Below, in pieces: positions 12,417-25,349 of a stretch of 64,000 bases of DNA. The DNA is from Psammoneis japonica (Eukaryota), in assembly GCA_008632985.1 (NCBI GenBank), contig QPGO01000111.1:124001-188000 (forward strand), written 5' to 3'. Both the position numbers and the translations under genes were made by a program. Numbering within the stretch: position 1 is the first letter of the stretch; the number at the start of each line of letters is the position of its first letter. The notes under the pieces were generated by a model. The model saw nothing but the letters and a program-made list of their open reading frames with translations, made no database searches and was not told the DNA's origin.

Positions 12417-15400
12417 ATGGCATCCAATGACTTTACCCCGTCTGACGACGAGGTCGACCCTGACACTTCTTTCCAAATTACCGAGGACTGCAACTTCAAT
12501 GAAATGGAACATTTCACCAACAGTTTCGGATTCGAATTGTTCCAACCCAAGCTCAAAAGCACAATTGCAACGCGTGCCTCGAAAAAGAAGTTTTTGGAGT
12601 CGACGAATTGGACCCCCTCTCCAGAATTCCTCGCTCTTCCCTTCCTTTGTCACAAGCCGAAGTTACGCCGTGTTCCTCATGTTGCCGAAGTTATCCGCAC
12701 CAACAACGTTGTGAGGAAAACCCTTGGCTGTCCCGACATTTGGTCCTGCATCATGACTCGTGGTTGGTCCATTGAGAAATCCTGCCGTGCAAAAGGCGAG
12801 TGTGTCCCACGACATAAAAATCTCGAGGAGGCTCTGCATTTCTCCAAAACATCCGGAGAGACAGAAAAAGAACAGCAGAACCGCATGCTTCTCCACCGTG
12901 ACATCCAGGCAATGGCAGAATTTGTTTGCACGATCATTGCCGGAGACGACCCAAACGATCCTTTATCCGGCAAGCCTTGTTTCTGATTTTTACGGTGCAA
13001 AAGTCTCCAAAGTTTGATCAACGATCGAGCCCAAGACCTCCACAGTGTCGCTGACATCGTCATGTGTTGCGTTCAGCACAAGCCCAAGGACATGGACCAT
13101 TGGTTCTTGAAGATTTTCCGTCACGTCAAAACCCAAAAGGAATGGCACCTCTTTGTCAACAGCTTTCTGGTTGCATGTGATGCTGACAATCCTGGTGCCC
13201 AGGCGGACAAGATCAAGGGGTTCCTTGCCAACTCAACCGGCAACACAAAGAACACGGTGACAATGCAAGGCGATTCCCTTGCACGCCGTGAGGCTCGTGA
13301 AGAAAAAATCAATTCCATGTTGAATCACGAATTTGGGAAGCGTTGTCCCAAGGAGCAAATTGGTGTCCGACCTGGGCACAGCAAGCAGCTCACAATGCTC
13401 CGTTGCAGAATGTGTGATCAGAGGGCCGACTGCTTGGAAGACGATGACAAACAAATCTGCAACTCCAAAACCAAACGCAAAATTAGGAGGACAAGCAAGG
13501 ATGGCACCTGTTTGCACGATGGCAAGAAACCCCCCCACCTCCCGCCTTCTGCCTTTCCACCTGCATCTGCAGTCTCAACGTCTCTTCTCACACCCCATGA
13601 TTGTTCACGACCCACCAGAGCCTTCCTTGACTGTTCCCAGCAAGAAGGCCAAGCCTGCATCTCGCAACAAACAAGCACCTCCATTGCTTTCTGGCAATGT
13701 TCCGTCGTCTGGGGAGGCGCACCGGACTCTCACCGCCGACCTTCCGTCACTCTCAGAAACCACGGAAAACCTAAAACCTGCTTCTACCTCCAAAGGTCCT
13801 TCGTCCAAACCTCATTCCTCTCCTCCTTCTGTTTCAGCTAATCCTCCCGCGGTTGCGTCTCCTCCTGGTGACCCTGATGACATGTCATGGCTGGACCTGT
13901 CCACACTCCGCGATCACTTTGAACCGTCCAAGTGTCAACCCGCCACCACCGAGGAAGTTTCTTCTCATTTGTCACACCTGCACATCATTGACAAAGCCAC
14001 CGACACTGATCGGGTGCTTCATCATTCTGCCGCCGACTTTTGCCTGGTGGATGACTTGCGGGAAAACTGGCACACGTTCTCAAACAATGCGCCATCATGT
14101 GATTCCGCCGCCGCATCTCGTGTTCGAACCGAGCACCCTCCCAACCTTGACCACTTCTCCGAGGAACTCTCCGTCGCCCGTCAGGCTAACTCTCTGTACA
14201 AAGGGCACTTTGGGTGCCTTCGGGTGTGCATTCCTGCCCTTCTTCCACCCATTTTGTTGAAGGGAGAGTCCGATTTGACACGTGACGGACCGGTTGCAGT
14301 TCAAAACGGCGAAGCACGCAGGACAAAGTTCGGTTGTGCAGGGAGAGCGCATCACCCCAAGATGCCGGGTTCCACCAAACTGGCCAAACCAAAGGCCACT
14401 TACGGACTTGATGTCTTTGAGTCCGACGACAACTTCGACGCCAACGAGACCTCCAAAATCAAGGCGATGGCAGCCGACATCCTTGACTCGATTCAGCTTT
14501 GCAAAAATGAGGTAGAGCTGAAAAAACTGGGCAATCCACCACCACCCAACTGGTCACTTCGGTGCGAGCAATGCTTGCAAAAGTTGGGCAACGAAATGGG
14601 CTGTCTCTTCTTCAAACGTGAGGACGTCACCATGCAGGGATTGTGCATTTCCCGGGGTCAAGACTGTGATGGTCACCATGACAATAAAAACTGCATCTGG
14701 TGTCAATGTGGGAAGACAGCTGCAGGTTGCTTCTTTGTCATGGATGCCTTTGGCAACATCTGGTCCTTCAAGGTTGTTGCCAACAGCAGAAGGACCGTTG
14801 GTGAATGCTGCGACGACCAGCACGACATGAAGCCTGTGCTCACTTGCACGCACCACAGTCAAGCTCAGCTTGATTTTGCACTTAAAGACTTGGACTTGCA
14901 GCACGATGGTCCCACCCACCCCGATGTGTCGCTTTCCAGCATTGCATTCAAGCATCTTTCCCTTGACGACAACAGGCCGTGGGACAAAGTTCTTGTTGGT
15001 GGAGGTGGCGACTCTTCATGTGTCGAGGTGCACATGGATCGACTCAAGTTCCCGACTTTCCCAGTCAGGGACTTCCACTTGTCTGCCCCAGTCACAGTGA
15101 TCCACCGTTTCAAGAACATTGTGTGCTGATCAGGTCCCGACCCAAAACAAGTCATTCGTTTGGCGATCCATGCTGGTCATCCCACCGGATGTCACCGATT
15201 TTACTGCGTGGGGGACAAGTGTCTTCCCAACCTTTGTTGCGAAGGTGCCGACCCATTTGTCAACTTTGCCGATCACTTGCAGAACACATTTGGGGTGCTG
15301 TTCAGTGACCCACAGGTGGGTGGGATCAGCCCCACCAATTTGACGTACGAGAAATTTTGCGACGCATTTCTAGACCCTTGTTACGTCGGAACCGCGAATG

Positions 15401-17570
15401 ACCCAATTGACACAATGGTGGAAGAAATCTATGCTGTGCTTCTCTGGACAAAGGACAACGTCGACACCAACGAGTTCTGTCCCAACTTAATGGAACAATG
15501 GTGCAAGGCAGCGTGTGATGCTTGGGCAGACCGGGGAGCAGATTTCAGTGAGATTCGTCTCATGTTGGTGCTGCAATGTCTGGTGCTGGCAGGTGTCGCA
15601 GTGAAAGACCATCCAAGACTCAACAACATTGTCTGTCCTGTCTTCAATTTGGGAGCTGCCACACAACTGGGGCATGTCCAACCGAAAGAAAGGCCGCTCA
15701 TGCACCAAAGGATGTCATCCGAAACAGGAACCGAAGAGCACGGTTGGAACGGAACCGAGCACAAACTTTGTGAGAATTCAGACAATCGCTGCACCCACAT
15801 TTTTGATTGTGTTTTCTGAGGACCCTGTTCAGGACAAGACCTGTTTGCCTTCTCTCCCTCTGGCCAGCATCTCTGCAAGCCATGTGGGTCAACCAAGCAT
15901 GAAATTTTGGAGTGTGTTGACGACGACCCCAACCTTTGCCAATCACAAGACAACACTGAATTGCGCACATCTGTGTGTGAATCAGCCGGGCTGTCAGATG
16001 GTGCCAGTGTTTTCTCTGTTGTTGATGGACTGCCCGTGGACAATGAACTAAGCTCATTGTCTTCGGAGGAGTCTAGACTCGCCGCAAACAATGAACTGAG
16101 CTCATTGTCTTCGGAGGATTCTCGGCTTGCCGCAGAGAATGAACTGGGCTCAATGGATTTGGAGGAGTCTTGACTCGCCGCAAACAATGAACTAAGCTCA
16201 TTGTCTTTGGAGGATTCTCGACTTGCCGCAGAGAATGAGGGATTCGGATGAGTCTCGACTCGCCGCAAACAATGAACTGAGCAGATTGTCTTTGGAGGAG
16301 TCAGTGTTGTCGGAGGACTGCTCGTGTCTTGATTCGGGCTGCCGCGTTCCAATTGTCGCGATGGATTCTGTTGTCGTTCAGTCGCAGGATCAAGAATCCG
16401 ATGAAGATGATGCAAGCAACGCAACCGCGTACGATCGACCCGAGCCACCTGTCCTTTCACAAGCACAAGATTTTGACTTGGACGAACATGTGAATGCCAT
16501 GTTTGCGCAAGTCTGTCAACAGCCAAAGAACTCCTGCAATTGTTCTGTGGCATGTTTTTCACAAATCTCAACCCACAAAATGACTCATTCTGTGCTTTTG
16601 TTTCACATTGTCATGTCATCCCCAGACAAGACGGAGGTGCAAATGTCCTGTGGCTTTGCATGACTGGGCCCGTCATGGCCGGAAACCTGACATTGGATGA
16701 GATGTGTTCAGACCGTGGCATGGAGGCTGTCCGATCCACTCAGCAAAGAAGAGATGAGGCAAGGTGTCAAGTTGTTGCGGATCTCTGTACAAACTCAAAT
16801 GTTCATGTGTGCACTGTGTCCCTGCAGGATGGTGGCCCAACTTGTCACTTGAATTGCAACATTTCTGCTAAATTTTTGCCCAAAGGGTCAAGACGCGGTT
16901 TGCAAGAGACATCGATTTTAAGAAAAGCGGGTTCACTCAGATTTGCATGGACCACCACTGGATGCAAAAAGGGGAGTGGCAGCAGTCGACATTTGGAAAT
17001 TGCTTCTTTCGTGAAAACCCAAGGGAGGTGATGGAAACGTTGTTTCATCCAAAGCTCCAGAGGTGCCACGTCACAGTCCCGTGCACCATGTGGTCACCAA
17101 CCCAAGTCGCGCGCAATTTGAAATGCATCCAGGAATGTGCACTGGTGCTGGGAATGACACAGGACATGGCATGTGCCGAAGTGACGATTTGCCAGGCTTC
17201 CCAGGAAATTGTCAAGCAGGAACGTGGGGTTTGGCTGGGCAAACCATCTGACCAGGAGGCATTGCATTTGGGAGTCACGGAACAGGAAATTGGGCAAACA
17301 CTGCCAGATGCAGAAGCCAAAGCTGTCCTGGCATTCATCCAAGATTGTGGATTTTGCAATCCAAAGGAACTGTTCCTGCTCCTGTCCTTCGAGAAGAGAG
17401 TGCACAATTGGAGGGACAAGGTCAGCAGATGGCCCAGCAGTTTCTTGCTCTGCTGGTTGCCAGTCGGATTGTTGAGCAGATTTTTAAAGTGGGTGAGTGA
17501 ACGTTGCATCTGTTGGTGTCCTGGTCGTCCCGATCAAGTTTTCTGCTGCTGTTGTCGGATGCTCACATGC
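12417..17570 (+). pseudogene. Large transposon cargo gene with HxDxxN motif and C-terminal helical ExxLCE domain
   Basis: ORFs 12411-12986 and 13014-13841 share one frame; 13333-15129, 15160-15819 and 15907-16173 share another. Each break is a single TGA, consistent with CGA->TGA. Only 2 Tyr in the 598-aa ORF. The downstream part (16.5-17.5 kb) may be further exons or a separate gene. Confidence 0.6.
16041..16300 (+). repeat. Coding 48-bp tandem repeat (NELSSLSSEESRLAAN), about 5 units
   Basis: Repeated aatgaact(a/g)agctcattgtctt(c/t)ggagga...gccgca units. Confidence 0.9.
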
Positions 17571-17573
17571 TTT

Positions 17574-20500
17574 TCACCTGCTTTTGTGAAACAGCTCTCC
17601 CCATGCATTTCTGCGGTCTTGAACTGCCCAAACATGCTTTGTCCCATCGTGTGTTTCAGCAATGCCAGGTTGCTCCTCACACACCAACAATTTGTCGCCA
17701 ACAGCATCGATGGGCACCAAGAAAAGCTTGGGTGAGTGCACTGTTTGTTCAGCAGTGGACAAGTTGTTGTTCTTCACTTGGCCCAATTGCCAGCGACTGA
17801 CCAGGTCGGTGTGTTGCATTCGTTCAACCATGGTGCGCTTGTCAGGCTGTTGCGTGCAAGGGTGAACGACCGCATGCAAGTCACCGTCGCTTTCCCTTTG
17901 GAAGAAACAGCGAAGTCTTGACGGGAAGCACAATTCCCCCCTGGTTGTGCCAAAAGTGAACATTCGCCCAGTCATGAACCGGTCCTTCACTGTTGCAGTC
18001 TGGGTGTGCACGGCAAGTGTCTTTCCCGTTCTTGTTGCAGAATTTGGTTTTGCAAACAAGGTTGATGGTGAGATTGCCTCCTGCTCCAATGCAATCCCTC
18101 CACTTCTTTTGAAAGAAATGGAGCCGGACCGGGTGAGCCTGACATTGTTTTTGCTTCCCGTGCCAGAGAAAGCTCACTGCGTTGTTTGTCGCACTGCAGG
18201 TGATGGAAAAGGCACTGCCACCCAGTGTGTGACTGTCATTGCCACGTGTCACGTCCTTTCGTCCAACTCTCGATGTGATCCATGGGTTGGCCGACAATGC
18301 ACGGTGCACCATCATTTGGTCTTGCATGCGTGACACAACCTGACCCAGGAAGATGTCAAAGCTGCGTTGTTGTGCCGTGGCAGATGGCAATTTGAAAAAA
18401 TCCTCAAGCAAAGATTCCCCAAGACCAGCATCAAAGTTCATGGCATGATGGAAATGACATAGAAAGATTGGAAGGTGAAGAAGCTTGTGAAGTTTTTGCA
18501 GCTTCCACCCAGCCCCTTTGTGTCCAGGGGAGCAATGCACGGTGCGAGACACCAGCAACCGAATTTTCTTTGTGATTTTGGTCAGGTCAGTTGTGTCGGT
18601 CGGTGGGTCGCCGAGTCGACACCAAGCATGGAAGGCAAGCAGGTCTTCCAGCAACTGGGCGTGTTGCCCAACACTGCAACTGAGGGGCTTTCTCTTTTTT
18701 TTCCTTTTCCGTTGATTGTGGCTGTTGCCTTCATCCTCGGACTCGTCCGGTTGGTGTTCCACACAATCGTTGGCATCCGTTTTGCACGGATCATCTGTTC
18801 TGTTGTTGGAATGATGATCGTCGCCATTGTTGCACTCTTCCGGCATGTGACAGCGATTGATTCGGAACCCAGGCATCCCATGCCCTGACGGCAATGGAGG
18901 ATTGTCTTGGTCTTCCTGGAGAAAACAAGATTCGCAGACATCTCTGCCTTCCTTTGTCAGCAGCAACAAATGAAAAACAAAGGCCATCCCCGCCCAATGA
19001 TTTGAGTTGAGGCAGGTGAGTGATGTGGCCCCACCCTTGAAATTGGTTCGTAAGAAAGAATTGCAAGTGGATCGGTGGTTGCCAAACATTTTTTCCACTG
19101 ATCTGTCAACCTCGCTTCTCACTGAGTTTGTCATGCTGTCAACAAAAACACAACCTCCCTTTTTAAAGTTCCGTTTTCAAACAGGTGCATCATGTCGCTT
19201 GCCGTGGAAAGGGTTGCTCCGAATGGCTGTTCTCCGAAATCTGCATTGAGCAAGCTGTTGGCAGGCACATTGTGCTGCTTCATGCAATGAAGCTGCTGCA
19301 GCCAGTGGCTCCTTTCTTGCTTGTCAAGACTGAGATCATTTGCGTGGTTCTGGACCAACAAAATGTCGCCAGCCCTGACGAGTTCGCACTCCTTCCAAGG
19401 GTCGTCAAGCTCATTGCATCCGGTCATGCAAAACCTGGAACAACGTTGGTGACAGTTCTTGGCACCATGCCCACCCACAAGGCAGTCACCACTCTTCGCA
19501 TCTCCGTTGATTGGGATTGTTGTTGGAATGACATGAAGGAAACGCACCTCATCACTGTGTTGAACGCAGCAGCGAAAGCCACCATTTTCCATTGTGTCTG
19601 GCAGAGGCTGGAGCATTGTTGCCAACACCTTGTGATGATCCCGGATGCTTTGGCCCTTCTCCAACTTTCGGGCGTTAGATTGCTGTTTGGCGGCGGAGGA
19701 GGACATTTTTTCTAGGTCGGGAATGCAACCAAGGACACGCCACTTCGCTCTGTCATGCCATTGGTTGCAGGCAACATGAGCCGACGTAACTGTGACGGGT
19801 TCTCTGCAGGAAGACGACATGGAGGCTGTCTTCCCAGTCTTGTCAACGCAAATTGTCAAACATTCGAGGAACTGTTTAAGAGGATCCAAGACCCTGGCTG
19901 TGCATGCACTTCTGCACCACTCTCTGGCCAAAACACACTTGTCGTGCTTTCCCTTTGAGACATGCATTCCGCATGGATGGGCAGTGTCGGCAAGATTGCT
20001 GGGGTTGGCCCATGTGCAAGCATCCAGCATGAACGATTCCCACACATCTTTGAAATTCCATTGCAGAACTCTTGCAGTCGTCTCATCGCGTTCCCCATTG
20101 ACGCTTTCTAGGTTGACTGGAATCATCTCGCATTCCGGACCTGCAAAAGATTCGTGCAGGTTCTCCATTGGTTTGGTCCGGTGAGGGATTTGCGTTCCAA
20201 GATGGAAGGTGCTGCCACAGTGTCTTTCGATGAACTCAGCGATCTTGTCGCACAGGTGAAGCGGTGCTCTGCAGTCGTCCAAGAGCTTGCACAGCTCTGC
20301 ACAAGCACCGCTGAGGTTGCCAAGAGATGGCATGCAGGCAAGTGCATCTTCGGCTGGGCTGCGGCACACCTTGCCCAATCGGCTGTCTTCACTCCGCGAA
20401 TCATCTTTGTCTGAGATGTTTGATTTGTCATGATTTGCAACTTTGGAGCCCTCCATTGTGACATCTGGCAACGCATCAAACGAGTCATCTGGTGACAAGC

Positions 20501-21008
20501 TTGCTTCAGAAGACAAGTCCAGGGACATGTGATGAATTTCCTCATGATGGGATCACGACCCAAGAGCGGAGATGTCATCATCAAACGGTGGTGACCATGG
20601 TTCATCGCTTCTGTCATTTTCGTTGGTGGTGGACCCAAGCCTGATGTTCGCTGCAGACGCACCGCGTCTGGACCGCCTCAGCCTTGGCTGTGACGAGTCA
20701 TCTGATGAGGAGGAAATGTCGAGATCAACCGACCCACGTCTGCGAGAGAATTTGTTGCTGACATTGGAAGTTTTAGCCGCAACCCTTGCTGACAACTCTG
20801 GCAATGGGCAGTTTGTGACTGCCTTGCGACGTGACAAGTTGGACCTCTCTTGAGCAAACGAAAAACACAGCGGGCAGTGATGGAAATGTGTGAGCATCCA
20901 TTTGAAGGATCGTTTGCAACACGGACATGCGACCGCACCATCCCCACCCTGCCAGCCACCGTTTCCTTCCATTTTACATTTCAGCAGGTTTGTGGGCTTC
21001 CCAAACAC
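17574..21008 (-). pseudogene. Plavaka-type transposase, frameshifted and hypermutated
   Basis: Motifs ICVDKTG, WRVLGCIPDL, IRDHHKVL, GDAKSGD, SDMMHLFENG, WKLQKLHKLLH, NFDAGLGE, CRAHPDCNSEGPVHDW match the family as I recall it once Cys/His are read as Tyr; N-terminal CPCCKRSF...H zinc finger; split across ORFs 20553-21008, 19131-20528, 17881-19134 and 17574-18089. Confidence 0.8.
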
Positions 21009-21265
21009 ATGTGTGTTCGAATGGCATCACCGGCTCAGTTCGTGAAAAGTGAAACAGTTCAGGCGGCAAGGAAGAAAAACACGACACGAATTGGCACGAA
21101 AACATTGGTGCATTGTGTTCTTCCCATCAATGAAAACATTGATGGGTGAGAATGAATCGAGTGTGTTGGGATCATTGACAACTTTGAGCATGAACAACTG
21201 ATTGCAAAGGTTGTTTTTCCATGGAAAGGAGAAAATAAGTTGTGACGTGATGCGCCGCAATGCCA

Positions 21266-22442
21266 CATGGCAAGAAGTCCAGGATGGGTGCACCCACACC
21301 TGCTGCAGCAACAGACACAAACGTTGCAATCAACAATGAATGCTGTTGTGCAAAATGACCACTCAATGGCGCATTGGCCAAATGACTGCTGGAGGAGATT
21401 TGAAAGTTTGACAATCATGACAGAAGATGGAAGGTGACAAATCATGGATTCGGAGTGCAACGCGGCTTTTGATGAGTTGGATTGTTTGATGCAATCTTTG
21501 CCACAAGGCAGGATGGTGCATTCTGATGACACGGGCACAGCTTTGATAAAGTTTGAGAGCGGCACACATGCGGTTAACCCGCACCTGCGCCGTGACGTGA
21601 TGGACCTGTGTCGCATGATGAGTGAGGACGACATCCAAGCAGAGGTGCAACCACATGGTTTGGGTGCACCAACATGTGAGTGATTGGAGCACAGAAGCAA
21701 TTGAGTGCATGCACGCCAGCACAGGCATGATCTCAATTCACGACAACCTGAACTGGTTGAATGGCATCGTCAACCGTGGGATTTGTGCTCGCCATTGCCA
21801 GGAGCATTGGGACTGCGTCGCGACTCACCAAGACAGGCAAGGAAGGATGTGCTGTGTCTGCAGCACTTGGCACAATGAAGGAGAGAAAGAGCTGAGGGAT
21901 GAATTTGCAGCGGGTGCGTGTGATGACACAAAACCAGTCATTGACAGTGGAGATGTTTCGAGATTGAGACGGAATTCAAGCATCAGCATGCCGACCCATG
22001 GCATGGATGAGACAGGCACTTGCGGACCGTTGGGAGAAACATCAGCGAGGGGAGGCACTTGCGGAGACTGGCAATGGACAAGAAGGGAATTGTTTGTGAT
22101 GCATTAAAACTGGCGAAGTGGTTCCAGCGTGACATCATGCGAGACAACCATGAAAGACTTTGGTTCTGTGAGCAAATGGAGTTCTTCAGGTTGTCTCCAT
22201 CGACAGTCAATGAATGGATGCGGGACATCATCAGGAAGGAGGATGGTGAGCGGGAGAAATTTCACAGCAGGAGAAAGGAAAGGCGTTGGGTGGAGAGACG
22301 TCGTCGCATTGAAGTTGACGAATTCGTGAGAATGGTCGGAGCGGAGACGAGGGCTTTCACCCACATGACTGACTGTTCCGACAGCGGGCGATGCATCAGT
22401 TTGAGAGTCACCAGGTTAGAGGGAGATGACGAATTGGACTAG
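21266..22442 (+). pseudogene. Degraded transposon cargo ORF, unknown function
   Basis: Successive protein-like ORFs 21444-21683, 21622-22107 and 22020-22442 broken by TGA stops and frameshifts. Confidence 0.4.
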
Positions 22443-22855
22443 AAAAAACGATTTGGCGCCAAAAGGCATGGATGTGCTTGGGCCCCAACCGCAAACCGGA
22501 ATGTTGTTAAAGCAGGTGAGGGGTTTGTTCATTGCAGTAAAAACAACTTTTGTGGGTGCATGTTTCACAATGATGTTTTGAACAAAATGCTTTTGCAAGC
22601 TGTTTACACTGTGGAAGTGGATTTCGACATTGCAGCAAAAGAGAGGTTTGAACTGGAATTCGCAGGGATTCAAAATTTTCGCAAGACAATGAGGAATGGC
22701 AAAATGGATAAATTGCATGTGCATTAAAAATTTTGGTCAATTCTCCATCATGTTGCATTTGAGAAAAAGGAATCATTGGTGGCAACTGTGAGATTTTTAG
22801 CACCAAAGAGAGGTTTGAAAATTTCCCAACGGCGAAAACAACCAGGGACACAAGG

Positions 22856-24120
22856 CATGGAGCCACCCACAATTGGCAACAGTGGCACAGGCAATGGTGA
22901 GGAAGAGGAAGAAAGAAACTGCGGGGGTGGCTGGAGATCAACCAACAAGCCCAAGGCTGGCTGCAGCGTTGGTGCGGGTGGGAGCCACTGGGGATCACCA
23001 GTCCATGAAGAGAGAGGCAGAAGAGGTGGCGCAGAAGGAACTTTTCCCAAAGGCAAAATTCCTTGTCAAGGCGGACATGGCAAGCAGTGGCAAAGTGTCA
23101 CGGCTCATCAGGAAAAAGACAGCCGGCGGCAATTGCAGCAAGCGAGACTCGGCAGGAGCTTGGGAAGACTGGGCAAAGAAGTGCGTCATGCATGCAATTG
23201 GCACGAAAAGGAGCACGGTCACTCAGGCGATCAAGAACAATGCAATGACTGGCAAGTGTTTTGTGGTGCACGGCATGTTAGATGCAGCTGTGCTTGGCAC
23301 AGCTGCACCTTTATTTGCTGAAGTCGTGTTGACAGAGAACGAAGCCAAGGAGATGCGCAGTCAGAAGAAGCTGGCAGCAAAGGGCAGAGGAGGGAAGAAG
23401 AGCAAGAAGCGGAAGAAGAACGATCGTGCGGAAGAGGAAGAGCCGTTCCTGGCGACTTGGGGGGAGGAGACAGTGACAACGATTGTGGAGGACAAGCGCA
23501 AGAACAAGGAAGCACATGCTTGGTTCTATGGAAACATCCTGAAATTCACAAAGAGCACCACCACATGGAGAAGGAAGGCAGAGTCAGGTGAGACGAAGGC
23601 AACCGGTCTGGCCACAGTGAGCGACGAGGCTCTGGCACTGTTGACATTGGAAAACTGCTGGAAGAGTTGGGAGCACAAGGCACGTCATGACAAGACTGTT
23701 GCAGCAGGGGGAGGTTCGGACAAAGAAGATGAGGAAGAGTCGGAACCAACACCCAAGCACACGGACCCGTCGAGGCAACGAGACTCGTGGAAGGATGCAG
23801 GGATTGAGCGATTCAACGAACTGCTTGCGGAAGTAAAGAAAGACAGGTTGAGCAAGGAGGGCATGCAGTTCGACACATGGTGCAGCAAAGGCAAGAAAAG
23901 GAAGAGTGACGAAAGAGACAAGGGATCAAAAAGAAAGAAAAAGCCGGTGGAGGAGGCAAGAACACAGGCAACGACAGAGCTTTCAAGTGACAACGAGGAG
24001 AAGGAGGAAGAGGTGACGGGCGAGAACAGAGGAGACAAGGACAGCAAGGAAGAGGAGGAGGAAAGTGATGCGGGCAGCGATGCGAATGTAGATGCAGATG
24101 ATGAGCGAGCTGCGGCATGA
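22856..24120 (+). pseudogene. Transposon accessory protein (K/E-rich; TVSDEALALLTLEN-W...PK-TD...W-DAGIERFNEL)
   Basis: 415-aa ORF with 1 Tyr; this motif set is one I associate with ORFs next to Plavaka-like transposases; probable intron near 23254-23320. Confidence 0.6.
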
Positions 24121-24702
24121 AAAGGCAGCGGAGGCTTTTGTCAGTGTGACAATGGAAAGAGGACAAGCAAAGCAGTGGGTTTCAATGTCAACAGTTGTGA
24201 GGTTTAACGAAGCATTTCAGGGATCACTGTTTTGTGATCTAACCTTTCATTTGACAACCAGTGCATGCAACAGAAGGTTCTTTAAACCAACACAATGCGG
24301 TGATTGGTGCCAATTTGTTGTCAAACAAAACATTTTGAACATCGCTTTCAAAAGGTAAAAAGTGACGGAATTCTGACAGTTGAGGGAGGGGTCCCACAGG
24401 TGAAGGAGGGGACCCATGGTGAAAAATGTTGTGCTGTGACATGTGATAAAAAATCACGTTCTACACAACTCTCTCAAAAGGATGCCTTTGTTTTTACACA
24501 TGCAACAGTGTTGAAAATTACCCATGAGAAGGGTGGTCAGGATCACCACATTTCGCGCTCTGATGAGCTGCTGCTGCATGGCAAATTTTGCACTGTTGCT
24601 CCACTTGGAACTCAACAACAGTTGGAGTGGCCTTTGTGGGTTGACTTGGTTTGTTTTCACATGTTTGTTTTGTCTGGCCGTGTCATTTTTTTAAGTCAAA
24701 CT

Positions 24703-25349
24703 GGAGCTGTGATTCAAGATCAAAGCAAGTGGCTGGGTCACCATGCCATTCAGCAGTCTTTGCAAGCAACAAATTCAAGGTTGCAAAACCCTGCCAAACC
24801 AACACCACAATCATTGAAAGTGCAGCCAGTGTTGATTGAGTGCTGAACTCATGTTGAAAATTGTTGGACATGGAAGGCAGCATCGTGCCCCCACTTTGTG
24901 CACCTGCAATGCGTGATGGCTGGTGCACGGGGCTGGGGCCCTGGCCATTGAAAAATCCCCAGCAAACAAAAATGAGCTTGACACATGCTCTGCTGGTGCC
25001 AGCACCATGCATGATTGAGAGGATGGATGGATGGAGCAAACAGCAATTTTTGTGTGCATGTCTTCCGCAAATGAGGCCTGCTGCACTGCATGCACGAAAC
25101 TGGCGGTCCAAACAAACCACGCGAAACAAAATGCAAAGAACAGCCCACCAACAAGCATGTGCAGAAGCAAAACTGGAAAATGCCACAGTCGTGCATTGTT
25201 GAAAACAATGGGCTGCAAATGACACCCACCAACCCACCGGACACTGTTTCAGGAGCACCAGAACATGGCATTGTCAGTTCATTCCTAAATCTGTGCCATT
25301 GATGAGTGGGAGGACTCAACAGCAACAGCAAAAGACACAGTCCCCACTC
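24703..25349 (+). repeat. Repeat module C, copy 2
   Basis: Aligns with 9615-10220 (gagctgtgattcaagatcaaagcaag...), with a ~45-bp insertion near 24908-24952. Confidence 0.9.

Larger units (their letters stand above)
12417..24120. mobile_element. Large Plavaka-type (CMC-related) DNA transposon with cargo genes, inactivated; termini not resolved
   Basis: Transposase pseudogene plus an accessory ORF (SDEALALLTLENCW...GIERFNELL) and a long cargo ORF; coordinates span the recognisable genes only. Confidence 0.7.

Noticed and set aside
16041..16300. CRISPR array
   Set aside because: Units are contiguous in-frame coding repeats without unique spacers; no cas genes; eukaryotic context.
12417..24120. 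Alternative genetic code (TGA readthrough or Tyr reassignment)
   Set aside because: Neighbouring EF-Tu, TRAPPC8 and subtilases use the standard code with normal Tyr; internal TGAs fit CGA->TGA, and TA loss also affects non-coding DNA.
9615..25349. Module C copies as LTRs of a retrotransposon
   Set aside because: No gag/RT/integrase motifs between them, no PBS/PPT seen, and the interior encodes a DNA transposase.
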